Virus genome (UHGV): UHGV-0097030
Source: a virus
DNA: 15,489 bases
Direction: 5' to 3' (one strand)
In this document: piece by piece, positions 7,356-14,808 of the stretch
Layout of the letters: each line of letters opens with the position of its first letter
Position numbering within the stretch: position 1 is the first letter of the stretch
Notes under the pieces: generated by a model
The model's input: only the letters and a program-made list of their open reading frames with translations
The model's database searches: none
Told to the model about the DNA's origin: nothing
Translations under genes and position numbers: made by a program

Positions 7356-7384
7356 TTGCATTCTAAAAGTACATATCGTATTAT
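7356..7384 (+). promoter_or_regulatory. PR promoter with overlapping OR operator
   Basis: -35 TTGCAT (7356-7361), 17-nt spacer, -10 TATTAT (7379-7384), upstream of cro. Operator-like AGTACATATCGTATT (7368-7382) overlaps the -10 and resembles the OL palindrome. Confidence 0.6.
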
Positions 7385-7410
7385 TGTTTCATGGTTACTA
7401 TGGAGGGCAT

Positions 7411-7626
7411 ATGAGCAACCTACGAAAATATCGAGAGTCACTGAATATCTCTCAAACAACACTTGCTAAGGCAGTTGGATGCACACAGGGAGCTATCGGA
7501 CATTGGGAATCTGGTCGTCGCTTCCCAGACCTTAAAACATGCCGTGCTCTTGTTGAGTGCCTAAACAAGTTAGGCGCAAAAGTCAGTCTTGATGACGTGT
7601 TCCCGCCGGAACACAAAGCCGCTTAA
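7411..7626 (+). CDS. cro: Cro-like HTH repressor
   Basis: 71 aa. ATG at 7411 with GGAGGG upstream. HTH TTLAKAVGCTQGAIGHWESGRR closely resembles the cI HTH. First gene of the rightward operon, diverging from cI. Confidence 0.8.
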   Translation: MSNLRKYRESLNISQTTLAKAVGCTQGAIGHWESGRRFPDLKTCRALVECLNKLGAKVSLDDVFPPEHKAA

Positions 7627-7634
7627 GACATTCC

Positions 7635-7666
7635 CGCTCTTACACATCCCAGCCCTGAAAAAGGGC
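7635..7666 (+). promoter_or_regulatory. nutR site (boxA CGCTCTTAC and boxB GCCCTGAAAAAGGGC)
   Basis: boxA at 7635-7643 and boxB hairpin at 7652-7666 match lambda nutR as recalled. Located between cro and cII. Confidence 0.85.
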
Positions 7667-7742
7667 ATTACCAGAAACAAATCTCTATGGTTTTGCGTTT
7701 CTTTGCGAAGCCAACTCTATCTAATCATTAAGGAAATTATCT

Positions 7743-8024
7743 ATGGTTACTATTGCAACTAAAAGCAAGAAAGCGGCTCGCATCGAGTCAGCCTTGCTGA
7801 ACAAACTGGCACTGATGGGGCAGAAGACATTCGCTCGAGCGATGGGGGTTCCTGAATATCAGGTAAGCCGATGGAAGAATGGTTTCTTCTCGCAGGTAAG
7901 CATGATGCTGGCTGTTCTGGAATACGGAATCGAAGACGATGAAATGGCTGAGCTGACTAAGCGGCTTGCCAATTATCTGACAAAAGAAAAAGCCCAGAAG
8001 AACGGCGAATTCTTCGAGGCCTAA
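7743..8024 (+). CDS. cII: CII transcriptional activator
   Basis: 93 aa. ARIESALLNKLALMG...QVSRWK...SMMLAVLEYGIEDDEMA aligns with lambda CII (LRIESALLNKIAMLG...QISRWK...SMLLAVLEWGVVDDDMA). Confidence 0.85.
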   Translation: MVTIATKSKKAARIESALLNKLALMGQKTFARAMGVPEYQVSRWKNGFFSQVSMMLAVLEYGIEDDEMAELTKRLANYLTKEKAQKNGEFFEA

Positions 8025-8058
8025 TGTAGAAAGACTGGATCAATCCACAGGAGTAATT

Positions 8059-8703
8059 ATGACATACGAAAATGACAAATTCCAGGTTCTGAAGAGCATG
8101 AAGGTGCCAGATGATTTTAAATCAAATGGCTTTGTTTATGTGCTTTCTAATGAGTGCATGCCAGGAATTTATAAGATTGGGATGACTAAGCATTCACCAG
8201 AAGTTAGGGCTAAAGAAATTTCAGCCTCTACTGGCGTTCCTAAGCCATTTAAGGTGATAGCAGCCTTTCATTCAAATAATCCCGCATCAGATGAAAAACT
8301 CATTCATAAAGCCTTTGCAAAAGAGAGGCTTAGTGATAATCGAGAGTTTTTCAAGCTTGAAGATAATGATCTTTCTGAATCTCTAAATGAAATAAGGGCG
8401 CTGGTTGGCCCTGAAAGAAATGGCGAGACGGCAGAATACGCAATTTACGACTCATTCATTTCTTTTCGCCATGAAAATGAGCTTGATCTTAATGAGGAGC
8501 TTATAGAGCAAGGTCTGGGTAGTGTAGTTGGTCATCTTCCTGCGGTGAAAAATTTCCTTATTCGCGCCGGAATTGATTACGCGAAGCAACTGATAAGCAA
8601 ATATAACTCATCGATAGTTATTAATACAGATGGCAGTGTGGTGATGGTTAAGTCTCTTGAAGCCCAATGCTTTGATGCGGAGGTTGGAAATGAGCCTTGC
8701 TGA
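8059..8703 (+). CDS. T5orf172-domain (GIY-YIG-like) protein with uncharacterised C-terminal domain
   Basis: 214 aa. ATG with AGGAG 5 nt upstream. N-terminal half carries the T5orf172/MUG113 pattern (GFVYVLSN...GIYKIGMTKHSPEVRAKEI...PFKV...EKLIHKAFAKERL...REFFKL). AT-rich relative to the flanks. 3' end overlaps the O-like gene start. Confidence 0.7.
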   Translation: MTYENDKFQVLKSMKVPDDFKSNGFVYVLSNECMPGIYKIGMTKHSPEVRAKEISASTGVPKPFKVIAAFHSNNPASDEKLIHKAFAKERLSDNREFFKLEDNDLSESLNEIRALVGPERNGETAEYAIYDSFISFRHENELDLNEELIEQGLGSVVGHLPAVKNFLIRAGIDYAKQLISKYNSSIVINTDGSVVMVKSLEAQCFDAEVGNEPC

Positions 8704-9532
8704 AGTATTTTACCTGCCGAAGAGTGAACCTGTTGAACAGGAGCGAAGAGTGGCTGATATCGATGATGGTTACACCAGATTCGCTAACGAGCTGCTGGAA
8801 GCTATCGCAAGTGCCGATTTAACCGCTCGCCAGTTGAAAGTTATGCTGGCCTACGTCCGGAAAACATATGGATTCAATAAGAAAACAGATCGAATAGCCG
8901 ATGAGCAAATTGCTCAGTTAACAGGACTGTCAAGGCAGAATGTTAACAAGGCTAAAAAAGAACTGATTTCAATGAATTGCCTGTTTATGGATGGAAATCA
9001 AATCGGTGTAAACAGTGAGGTATCTGCGTGGCAATTCAGCAAGTGTCTCCAAGTTAGCAACTTTGTCTCGAAGTTAGAGACAAAAAATGTCTCCAAATTA
9101 GAGACACTCAATGTCTCGAAGTTAGAGACACACAAAAGACATTCTTTAAAGACAAAAGAAAATATTAATAAACCCCCTATATCCCCCAAAAAAGTTTCTC
9201 AGAAGTTCGACCCGCTAGAAACAGAGTTGCCTGATTGGTTATCAGCAGAAACATGGTTGTCGTGGGTTACCTATCGCAAGGAGATAGGTAAGTCGATCAA
9301 GTCTAGGCAAAGTGTCACTCAGGCTATCAACGTTCTAAGCAGAAGTCTGGAGAAGGGATATACACCTGAAGAAATTATAAACCAGAGCATCGCCAGTAGT
9401 TGGCAGGGGATTTTTGAACCCAAGACTCCAAAGGGGAAATCTCAACCGAGGCCGCAGCAGCGAGCTATGCAGGAAAACTTTGCCGCCAAAGATTACGGGC
9501 AAACTGAAATGCCTTCATGGGCGCAGGAGTGA
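8690..9532 (+). CDS. Replication initiator / replisome organiser (O-like) containing ori iterons
   Basis: Track ORF 8657..9532; ATG at 8690 (MSLAEVFYLP...) preferred. N-terminal winged-helix replisome-organiser-like region (DGYTRFANELLEA...LTARQLKVMLAYVRKTYGFNK). Iterons inside the coding sequence encode the repeated peptide SKLETxNVSKLET. Confidence 0.8.
   Translation: MSLAEVFYLPKSEPVEQERRVADIDDGYTRFANELLEAIASADLTARQLKVMLAYVRKTYGFNKKTDRIADEQIAQLTGLSRQNVNKAKKELISMNCLFMDGNQIGVNSEVSAWQFSKCLQVSNFVSKLETKNVSKLETLNVSKLETHKRHSLKTKENINKPPISPKKVSQKFDPLETELPDWLSAETWLSWVTYRKEIGKSIKSRQSVTQAINVLSRSLEKGYTPEEIINQSIASSWQGIFEPKTPKGKSQPRPQQRAMQENFAAKDYGQTEMPSWAQE
9044..9130. repeat. Origin iterons (four 19-bp palindromic repeats) followed by an AT-rich stretch
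   Basis: Four copies of TGTCTC-n-AAnTTAGAGACA at 9044, 9064, 9088 and 9112 (the first degenerate). AT-rich segment at 9131-9200. Arrangement resembles lambda ori within O. Confidence 0.8.
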
Positions 9533-9534
9533 AC

Positions 9535-10380
9535 ATGACGCTGGATGAAAAGATCTCCCAACTGGAGAAAAAACTTGCAGAATTGAGTTCTCCGCCAATT
9601 GCTATCGAGCATACATCTGTAGAAATTGGCACTGGCATCTGTGAAAAACATGGTGAGTTTGAGCAGCGTAACCGTTACTCGACTGGGCCAATTAAGTTTG
9701 CCTCAAGACCTAGCGAATGCCCGGAATGCATGAGAGATGAGCTTATTCGGCTACAGGAAGAGAAGATTAAAATCGACGAGGAATCACGTAAGCGCAATGT
9801 CGAGTTTATGTTGAATAATCTTGATATTCCTGAACGATTCAAGGGTTGCACACTACAGAACTACGAGCCAGTCAACGACGATGCAAAGAGAGTGCTCAGG
9901 GTGTGTCAGGCATACGCCAGCAAATGGCCTGAGAGGTTACAGAAAGGCGGTGGGCTGGTTATGTGTGGAAAGCCTGGTACTGGAAAGAATCATCTTGCAC
10001 TGGCTATCGCCCGGCACGCAATTACGGAACATCAAAGCTCAGCTATTTTCACAACGGCGCTGAAAATTGCCAGAGAATATAAATCAACATGGTCGAAAAA
10101 CTCCACCCGCACAGAGGATGAAGTGATCCGACAGTTCACTAAACCTGACCTGCTAATTATCGATGAGGTTGGTGTGCAGTTTGGAAGCGAGGCGGAAAAG
10201 ATGATCATGTTCGAAATCATCAACACCCGCTACGAGCGCATGAAGCCAACAATCCTGATTAGCAACCAGAGCAAAGATGAACTGTCTGCATTCATTGGTG
10301 AGCGTGTTATTGACAGGATGAATGATGGCGGCGGGTGCACTCTTGCGTTTACATGGGATAGTTACAGGAGCAGATCGTGA
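9535..10380 (+). CDS. DnaC-type helicase loader (AAA+ ATPase, IstB-like)
   Basis: Track ORF 9517..10380; ATG 9535 has AGGAG upstream. Walker A GKPGTGKNHLALAI and Walker B LLIIDEVG. N-terminal Cys/His cluster. Occupies the lambda P position. Confidence 0.85.
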   Translation: MTLDEKISQLEKKLAELSSPPIAIEHTSVEIGTGICEKHGEFEQRNRYSTGPIKFASRPSECPECMRDELIRLQEEKIKIDEESRKRNVEFMLNNLDIPERFKGCTLQNYEPVNDDAKRVLRVCQAYASKWPERLQKGGGLVMCGKPGTGKNHLALAIARHAITEHQSSAIFTTALKIAREYKSTWSKNSTRTEDEVIRQFTKPDLLIIDEVGVQFGSEAEKMIMFEIINTRYERMKPTILISNQSKDELSAFIGERVIDRMNDGGGCTLAFTWDSYRSRS

Positions 10381-10667
10381 CTGGAAAAGAAATCATCCTG
10401 GAATATCTGAAAACTCATGAACAATTCTCCCCACATGAATTAGCACTGATCACCGGAATACCAAATAACAGAATCGCTCAAGCAGCAAGGCATATGGTGA
10501 AACAAGGACATTTGAGTGTTGTTGAGCGTAAGTGGAAGACGGTTATTTATGCAAAACGCAAAGTGAAGAAGGAGCCAATTAAAAGAAATCCAGATGGTAC
10601 GGGGTGGGGATGTGCAAATCCAATGACGGCGTTTATTAATAGGGCGCTTATGGAGGTAAGGCAATGA
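10377..10667 (+). CDS. Hypothetical protein with HTH-like segment
   Basis: 96 aa. GTG start overlaps the upstream stop (GTGA) with AGGAG upstream. HELALITGIPNNRIAQAARHMVKQGHL looks like an HTH. Followed by an intrinsic terminator. Confidence 0.5.
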   Translation: MTGKEIILEYLKTHEQFSPHELALITGIPNNRIAQAARHMVKQGHLSVVERKWKTVIYAKRKVKKEPIKRNPDGTGWGCANPMTAFINRALMEVRQ

Positions 10668-10693
10668 CCATCTACATCACTGAGCTAATAACA

Positions 10694-10724
10694 GGGGCTA
10701 TTTACACAGTAGCCCTTTTTTATT
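10694..10724 (+). terminator. Intrinsic terminator
   Basis: Hairpin GGGCTA-tttacaca-GTAGCCC followed by TTTTTTATT. Confidence 0.6.
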
Positions 10725-10748
10725 GGATTAAGAACGAGGGGTGAGAGA

Positions 10749-10916
10749 GTGAGTGAACCATCTAAACACGCACAGTATTGCCCATTCTGTCAGCGACACA
10801 TTGAGCCTGAGAGAGATGAGTTAGGTGATATCTACACAACAGACAGCGGCGGCATGTTCTACGTCCATGACGAAGTAATTCACGATGAAGATTACACGTT
10901 TACGCCACTTAACTAA
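10749..10916 (+). CDS. Possible small zinc-ribbon protein (55 aa), not in ORF track
   Basis: GTG at 10749 with GAGGGG upstream. Hand translation VSEPSKHAQYCPFCQRHIEPERDELGDIYTTDSGGMFYVHDEVIHDEDYTFTPLN. Sits just after the terminator. Confidence 0.3.
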   Translation: MSEPSKHAQYCPFCQRHIEPERDELGDIYTTDSGGMFYVHDEVIHDEDYTFTPLN

Positions 10917-10941
10917 CACCCCAGCACACTAATGGAGAGAA

Positions 10942-11142
10942 ATGATGACAACGATTGGTGTTCTTTACGACGGGTGGACAAAAGAACGATTAAGACGTCA
11001 TTACAAGATGGCAAAAGTTATCCGCAACAAGCCCTATCGCAATGACTATCGAAAGGTGATGGCAAATAACATGCAGAAGAATATCGACAGGATATTCCCG
11101 CGCGGAAAGGCTGTGTGGCGCTTACTTAAAAATGAGTGGTGA
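10942..11142 (+). CDS. Hypothetical basic protein
   Basis: 66-aa ORF with GGAGA upstream of the ATG pair at 10942/10945. Confidence 0.45.
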   Translation: MMTTIGVLYDGWTKERLRRHYKMAKVIRNKPYRNDYRKVMANNMQKNIDRIFPRGKAVWRLLKNEW

Positions 11143-11474
11143 TGGAGAGGAATATGGACGAATCAAGAAAGCAGTTTGAAGAAAGTTGGTTGCGACGTGG
11201 AGGCGAATCCTCAGACCTTATCCGTTACCCTGAAAATCACCATGAAATTGGCAGCGGTAATATTGGTGGTCAATACGTGATGGACGATGTTCAAGGCCAC
11301 TGGCAAACGTGGCAGGCATCGCGATCAGCTATTGAAATAACCGCGCCAAAGTTTATCGACAGCAGAGAAGCATTAGCCAAAGGGTTTACTGTTGATTATT
11401 CCAATGGCTTCGGTGATGCAATGGATGCTTATGAGGAAAATATCCGCGCTGCTGGAATCAAAGTGAAGGAGTGA
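11142..11474 (+). CDS. Hypothetical protein
   Basis: Track ORF 11136..11474 begins with GTG. ATG at 11142 overlaps the upstream stop (TGATG). An alternative ATG at 11154 has GGAGAGG upstream. Confidence 0.5.
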   Translation: MERNMDESRKQFEESWLRRGGESSDLIRYPENHHEIGSGNIGGQYVMDDVQGHWQTWQASRSAIEITAPKFIDSREALAKGFTVDYSNGFGDAMDAYEENIRAAGIKVKE

Positions 11475-11478
11475 GTAT

Positions 11479-11733
11479 ATGCCATTTATAAAATTAACCA
11501 TGCAATGCAGCATCTATCAGCCACCAAGCACAGGCGTGATAGAAAGCACCAGAAGTGCATATGAGCCCTTGTACGTTAACTCTGACAACATCGAAACCCT
11601 ATTTGAGGCCGGGATTACGATTGTAAGAATGGCAAGTGGTGAGCGGTTCGATGTTATTGAGAAACCAGAAGCTATTTTGGCGTTAATTAATCCATGTGTG
11701 CAGAAGGTGAGCAATGAGGAAACTAACGTTTGA
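11479..11733 (+). CDS. Hypothetical protein
   Basis: 84-aa ORF with AAGGAG 7 nt upstream of the ATG. Confidence 0.5.
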   Translation: MPFIKLTMQCSIYQPPSTGVIESTRSAYEPLYVNSDNIETLFEAGITIVRMASGERFDVIEKPEAILALINPCVQKVSNEETNV

Positions 11734-12130
11734 ACTAAGAAGCCCCATCCATCAGCAGAACGCCATTCAAGCCATCCAGCAAATCCTTCCAGACCCAACC
11801 AAACCAATCGTAGTAACCATTCAGGAACGCAACCGCAGCATTCGGCAAAATGCACGCCTTCACGCGATGCTATCTGAAATAAGTAAGAAGGCTACATATC
11901 ATGGAAAAGCAAGAAATATTGAGTTTTGGAAGGGGTTATTCGTTTCTGGTTGGCAGATTGCAACCAACCAGCACCCTGAGATTATATCAGGGTTAGAAGG
12001 TGAGCTAATAAACATCAGAGAGAGTACGGCGACTCTATCTGTAAAAAAAATATCCGAAATAATGGACTACATAGAAGCATATTGTGCCATGAACTCAATT
12101 CATCTTAGCGAATGGAGGAATTATGATTGA
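11714..12130 (+). CDS. ninB: NinB (Orf-family recombination mediator), mosaic
   Basis: 138 aa. The first 42 residues (MRKLTFELRSPIHQQNAIQAIQQILPDPTKPIVVTIQERNRS) are near-identical to lambda NinB as recalled. The remainder is divergent but alignable (QNxxL...HG...WK) and AT-rich. Confidence 0.75.
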   Translation: MRKLTFELRSPIHQQNAIQAIQQILPDPTKPIVVTIQERNRSIRQNARLHAMLSEISKKATYHGKARNIEFWKGLFVSGWQIATNQHPEIISGLEGELINIRESTATLSVKKISEIMDYIEAYCAMNSIHLSEWRNYD

Positions 12131-12725
12131 GGTTTGGGTAGATATCGAAGGAATTCCATTTTATCAGGTTAGCAATAAAGGAAATTTCAGGTCTATTACG
12201 AGGGAAATTACAGTAACATCAACCAGACAGAGGCCATATAAGAAAATAATTAATGGCACTAGCGTAAAACCATTCAAGTGCAAGTCGACAGGATATCTTC
12301 AAATAAAGGTATACGGTAAGAAATACAGCGCCCACAGGATAGTTGCGAAAGCATTCTGTACAGGGTTCTGTGATGGCTTGGTAGTTAATCACAAAAATGG
12401 GCAAAGAGATGACAATAGGGCTGAAAACCTTGAATGGGTATCACATTCTGAAAACTCAAAGCACGGATATAAACAAAATGGAAGAATACCTATATCGCTA
12501 GGTAAATTTAGTGGTGATCATCCTGCCAGTAAAGCTGTTATTTCTACTGACATGAAAACTGGGGAGGAGGTTTATTATGAAGCAGCTATGGATGCTGTCA
12601 GAGAAGGATTTGATAGTTCGTCAATTAGTCGTTGCTGTAATGGCGAAAGCTCATATCACAAAGGAAGATTCTGGCGATTTGCAAATGAAACAATGAAAGC
12701 GCGATGGGGAGACAGGGCGGCATGA
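12123..12725 (+). CDS. HNH homing-type endonuclease
   Basis: 200 aa. ATG with GGAGG upstream. N-terminal NUMOD4-like [20 protein letters not shown] motif [30 protein letters not shown]-rich. The last residues KARWGDRAA match the lambda NinB C-terminus. Confidence 0.8.
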   Translation: MIEVWVDIEGIPFYQVSNKGNFRSITREITVTSTRQRPYKKIINGTSVKPFKCKSTGYLQIKVYGKKYSAHRIVAKAFCTGFCDGLVVNHKNGQRDDNRAENLEWVSHSENSKHGYKQNGRIPISLGKFSGDHPASKAVISTDMKTGEEVYYEAAMDAVREGFDSSSISRCCNGESSYHKGRFWRFANETMKARWGDRAA

Positions 12726-12904
12726 GACGACAGCGACGAAGTATCACCGACATCATCTGCGAAAACTGCAAATACCTTCCAACGAAACGCTCCAGAAATA
12801 AACGCAAGCCAATCCCAAAAGAATCTGACGTAAAAACCTTCAACTACACGGCTCACCTGTGGGATATCCGGTGGCTTAGAGAACGTGCGAGGAAAACAAG
12901 GTGA
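12722..12904 (+). CDS. ninE: NinE
   Basis: Track ORF 12704..12904. ATG 12722 overlaps the HNH stop (ATGA). [23 protein letters not shown]...[21 protein letters not shown] matches lambda NinE as recalled. Confidence 0.8.
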   Translation: MRRQRRSITDIICENCKYLPTKRSRNKRKPIPKESDVKTFNYTAHLWDIRWLRERARKTR

Positions 12905-13071
12905 TTGACCAAAATCGAAGTTACGAACAAGAAAGCGTCGAGCGAGCTTTAACGTGTGCTAACTGCGGTCAGAAGCTGCATGTGCTGGAAGTTCACGTGT
13001 GTGAGCACTGTTGCGCAGAACTGATGAGCGATCCGAATAGTTCAATGTACGAGGAAGAAGACGATGAGTGA
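12901..13071 (+). CDS. ninF: NinF (small Cys-rich protein), not in ORF track
   Basis: GTG at 12901 overlaps the ninE stop. Hand translation [56 protein letters not shown], lambda NinF-like. Confidence 0.65.
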   Translation: MIDQNRSYEQESVERALTCANCGQKLHVLEVHVCEHCCAELMSDPNSSMYEEEDDE

Positions 13072-13282
13072 TTCGTTTAGTAGCTCTGATTATTTGTATT
13101 TGGTTTTAGTACCTGTGGCAGAAGTATTCCGCTCTCGATTTCCTGAAGGCTCAGCACCATTTAATGCCATTAGCACTTACTCAAAATGCAGAGTGAAATT
13201 TACAGGTAAGCGGCTGGAAAGAGAGTGGCAGCAATTCTGCAAAAAACATGACCTAAAAAATGACCCTGAACTGGAGTATTAA
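13064..13282 (+). CDS. Hypothetical protein
   Basis: 72-aa ORF. ATG overlaps the ninF 3' end; GAGGAAG upstream. Confidence 0.45.
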   Translation: MSDSFSSSDYLYLVLVPVAEVFRSRFPEGSAPFNAISTYSKCRVKFTGKRLEREWQQFCKKHDLKNDPELEY

Positions 13283-13573
13283 ATGGCTAATCTACGCAAA
13301 GAAGCGCGCGGCAGAGAATGCCAGGTACGTATTTACGGCATATGCAATGGCAATCCTGAAACTACAGTTCTGGCACATTACCGGATGGCTGGAATTTGCG
13401 GAACGGGAATGAAGCCTGACGACCTGATCGGCGCATGGGCTTGTAGCGCGTGTCACGATGAAATCGACCGACGCACCCATAATCTCGACAACAAAGACGC
13501 CAGACTTTACCACCTCGAAGGCGTGATCAGGACGCAGGTGATATTGCTGAAGGAGGGGAAGATTAAGCCATGA
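13283..13573 (+). CDS. ybcO: DUF1364 family protein (YbcO-like, Cys-rich putative nuclease)
   Basis: 96 aa. MANLRKEARGRECQVRIYGICNGNPETTVLAH...CSACHDEIDRRTH closely resembles E. coli DLP12 YbcO as recalled. Confidence 0.7.
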   Translation: MANLRKEARGRECQVRIYGICNGNPETTVLAHYRMAGICGTGMKPDDLIGAWACSACHDEIDRRTHNLDNKDARLYHLEGVIRTQVILLKEGKIKP

Positions 13574-13932
13574 ACGAATATCAGTTTGTGCTTCCATACC
13601 CGCCGTCGGTGAATACCTACTGGCGAAGACGGGGAAGCCAATATTACATAAGCGATAAAGGCCAGAAATACCGAAAAGACGTTCAGCAAATCATCCGCCA
13701 ACTCAAGTTAGACATTTTCACCAAATCACGACTCCGCATCAAAGTCATCGCAGACGTTCCAGACTCCCGCCGCCGCGACCTCGATAACATCCTGAAGGGC
13801 TTACTCGACTCCCTTATCCACGCCGGGTTTGCGGAAGATGACGAGCAATTCGATGACATTCGCGTAATTCGTGGCGTGAAAGTACCAGGCGGAAGGCTTG
13901 GAATAAAAATCACCGAACTGGAGAACGCATGA
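13570..13932 (+). CDS. rusA: RusA Holliday-junction resolvase
   Basis: 120 aa. LPYPPSVNTYWRRRG...RRRDLDNILKGLLDSLIHAGFAEDDEQ...GGRLGIKITELE aligns with E. coli RusA (LPWPPSNNRYYR...RRRDLDNLQKAAFDAL...GGRLELTITEM). ATGA overlap with ybcO. Confidence 0.85.
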   Translation: MNEYQFVLPYPPSVNTYWRRRGSQYYISDKGQKYRKDVQQIIRQLKLDIFTKSRLRIKVIADVPDSRRRDLDNILKGLLDSLIHAGFAEDDEQFDDIRVIRGVKVPGGRLGIKITELENA

Positions 13933-14117
13933 ACGCCACAATTCAAACGATACCAGAGCTTCTTATCCAGACACGAGGCAATCAGACCGAAGTGGCGAGG
14001 ATGCTTTCCTGCGCAAGAGGAACAGTGCTCAAGTACAACCGAGACAGCAAAGGCGAGCGTCACGTAATAGTTAACGGCGTCCTGATGGTCAAACAGGGCA
14101 AGAGGGGTAGACCATGA
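13929..14117 (+). CDS. ninH: NinH
   Basis: 62 aa. GNQTEVARMLSCARGTVLKY...VIVNGVLMV matches lambda NinH (GNQTEVARRLKCSRGTVRKY...AIVNDVLMV). Confidence 0.75.
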   Translation: MNATIQTIPELLIQTRGNQTEVARMLSCARGTVLKYNRDSKGERHVIVNGVLMVKQGKRGRP

Positions 14118-14737
14118 GACTCGAAAGTGTAGCTAAATTTCATTCGCCAAAAAGCCCGATGATGAGCGACTCACCACGGGCCACGGCTTCTGACTCTCTT
14201 TCCGGTACTGATGTGATGGCTGCTATGGGGATGGCGCAATCACAAGCCGGATTCGGAATGGCTGCATTCTGTGGTAAGCACGAACTCAGCCAGAACGACA
14301 AACAAAAGGCTATCAACTATCTGATGCAATTTGCACACAAGGTATCGGGGAAATACCGTGGTGTGGCAAAGCTCGAAGGAAATACTAAGGCAAAGGTACT
14401 GCAAGTGCTCGCAACATTCGCTTATGCGGATTATTGCCGTAGTGCCGCGACGCCGGGCGCAAGATGCAGAGATTGCCACGGTACAGGCCGTGCGGTTGAT
14501 ATTGCCAAAACAGAGTTGTGGGGGAGAGTTGTTGAGAAAGAATGCGGAAGATGCAAAGGTGTCGGCTATTCAAGAATGCCAGCAAGCGCCGCATATCGCG
14601 CTGTAACGATGCTAATCCCAAACCTTACTCAACCCACCTGGTCACGCACTGTTAAGCCGCTGTATGACGCTCTGGTGGTGCAATGCCACAAGGAAGAGTC
14701 AATCGCAGACAATATCTTGAATGCGGTCACACGTTAG
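14114..14737 (+). CDS. Q: Late antiterminator Q (lambda-type)
   Basis: 207 aa beginning MRLESVAKFHSPKSPMMSDSPRATASDS..., matching lambda Q as recalled. Zinc-binding CRDCHGTG...CGRCKG. Immediately upstream of a PR'-like promoter. Confidence 0.9.
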   Translation: MRLESVAKFHSPKSPMMSDSPRATASDSLSGTDVMAAMGMAQSQAGFGMAAFCGKHELSQNDKQKAINYLMQFAHKVSGKYRGVAKLEGNTKAKVLQVLATFAYADYCRSAATPGARCRDCHGTGRAVDIAKTELWGRVVEKECGRCKGVGYSRMPASAAYRAVTMLIPNLTQPTWSRTVKPLYDALVVQCHKEESIADNILNAVTR

Positions 14738-14779
14738 CAGCATGATTGCCACGGATGGCAACATATTAACGGCATAATA

Positions 14780-14808
14780 TTGACTTTTTGAATAAAGTTG
14801 GGTAAATT
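14780..14808 (+). promoter_or_regulatory. PR' late promoter (with qut region)
   Basis: -35 TTGACT (14780-14785), 17-nt spacer, -10 TAAATT (14803-14808). Near-identical to the lambda PR' context TTGACTTATTGAATAAAATTGGGTAAATTTGACTCAACGATGG as recalled. Confidence 0.8.

Noticed and set aside
7240-7410. Long N-terminal extension of cro (track ORF starts at 7240)
   Set aside because: The extension runs through the PR/OR promoter-operator region. The ATG at 7411 has an SD, lies downstream of the predicted PR start and gives a typical 71-aa Cro.
9044-9130. Tandem direct repeats with about 20-24 bp periodicity that could be taken for a CRISPR array
   Set aside because: The repeats are 19-bp palindromes with only a few bases between them, lie inside an intact replication-initiator ORF and are followed by an AT-rich segment. 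They are ori iterons, not CRISPR repeats and spacers.
8998-14621. Antisense or alternative-frame ORFs in the rightward operon (8998..9189, 9821..10063, 10032..10226, 10440..10664, 11517..11855, 12219..12404, 12625..12843, 12656..12856, 13292..13597, 13507..13701, 13683..14063, 14240..14479, 14331..14606, 14385..14621)
   Set aside because: All overlap recognisable plus-strand genes (O-like, DnaC-like, NinB, HNH, NinE, YbcO-like, RusA, NinH, Q) on the opposite strand or in another frame, with no independent support.
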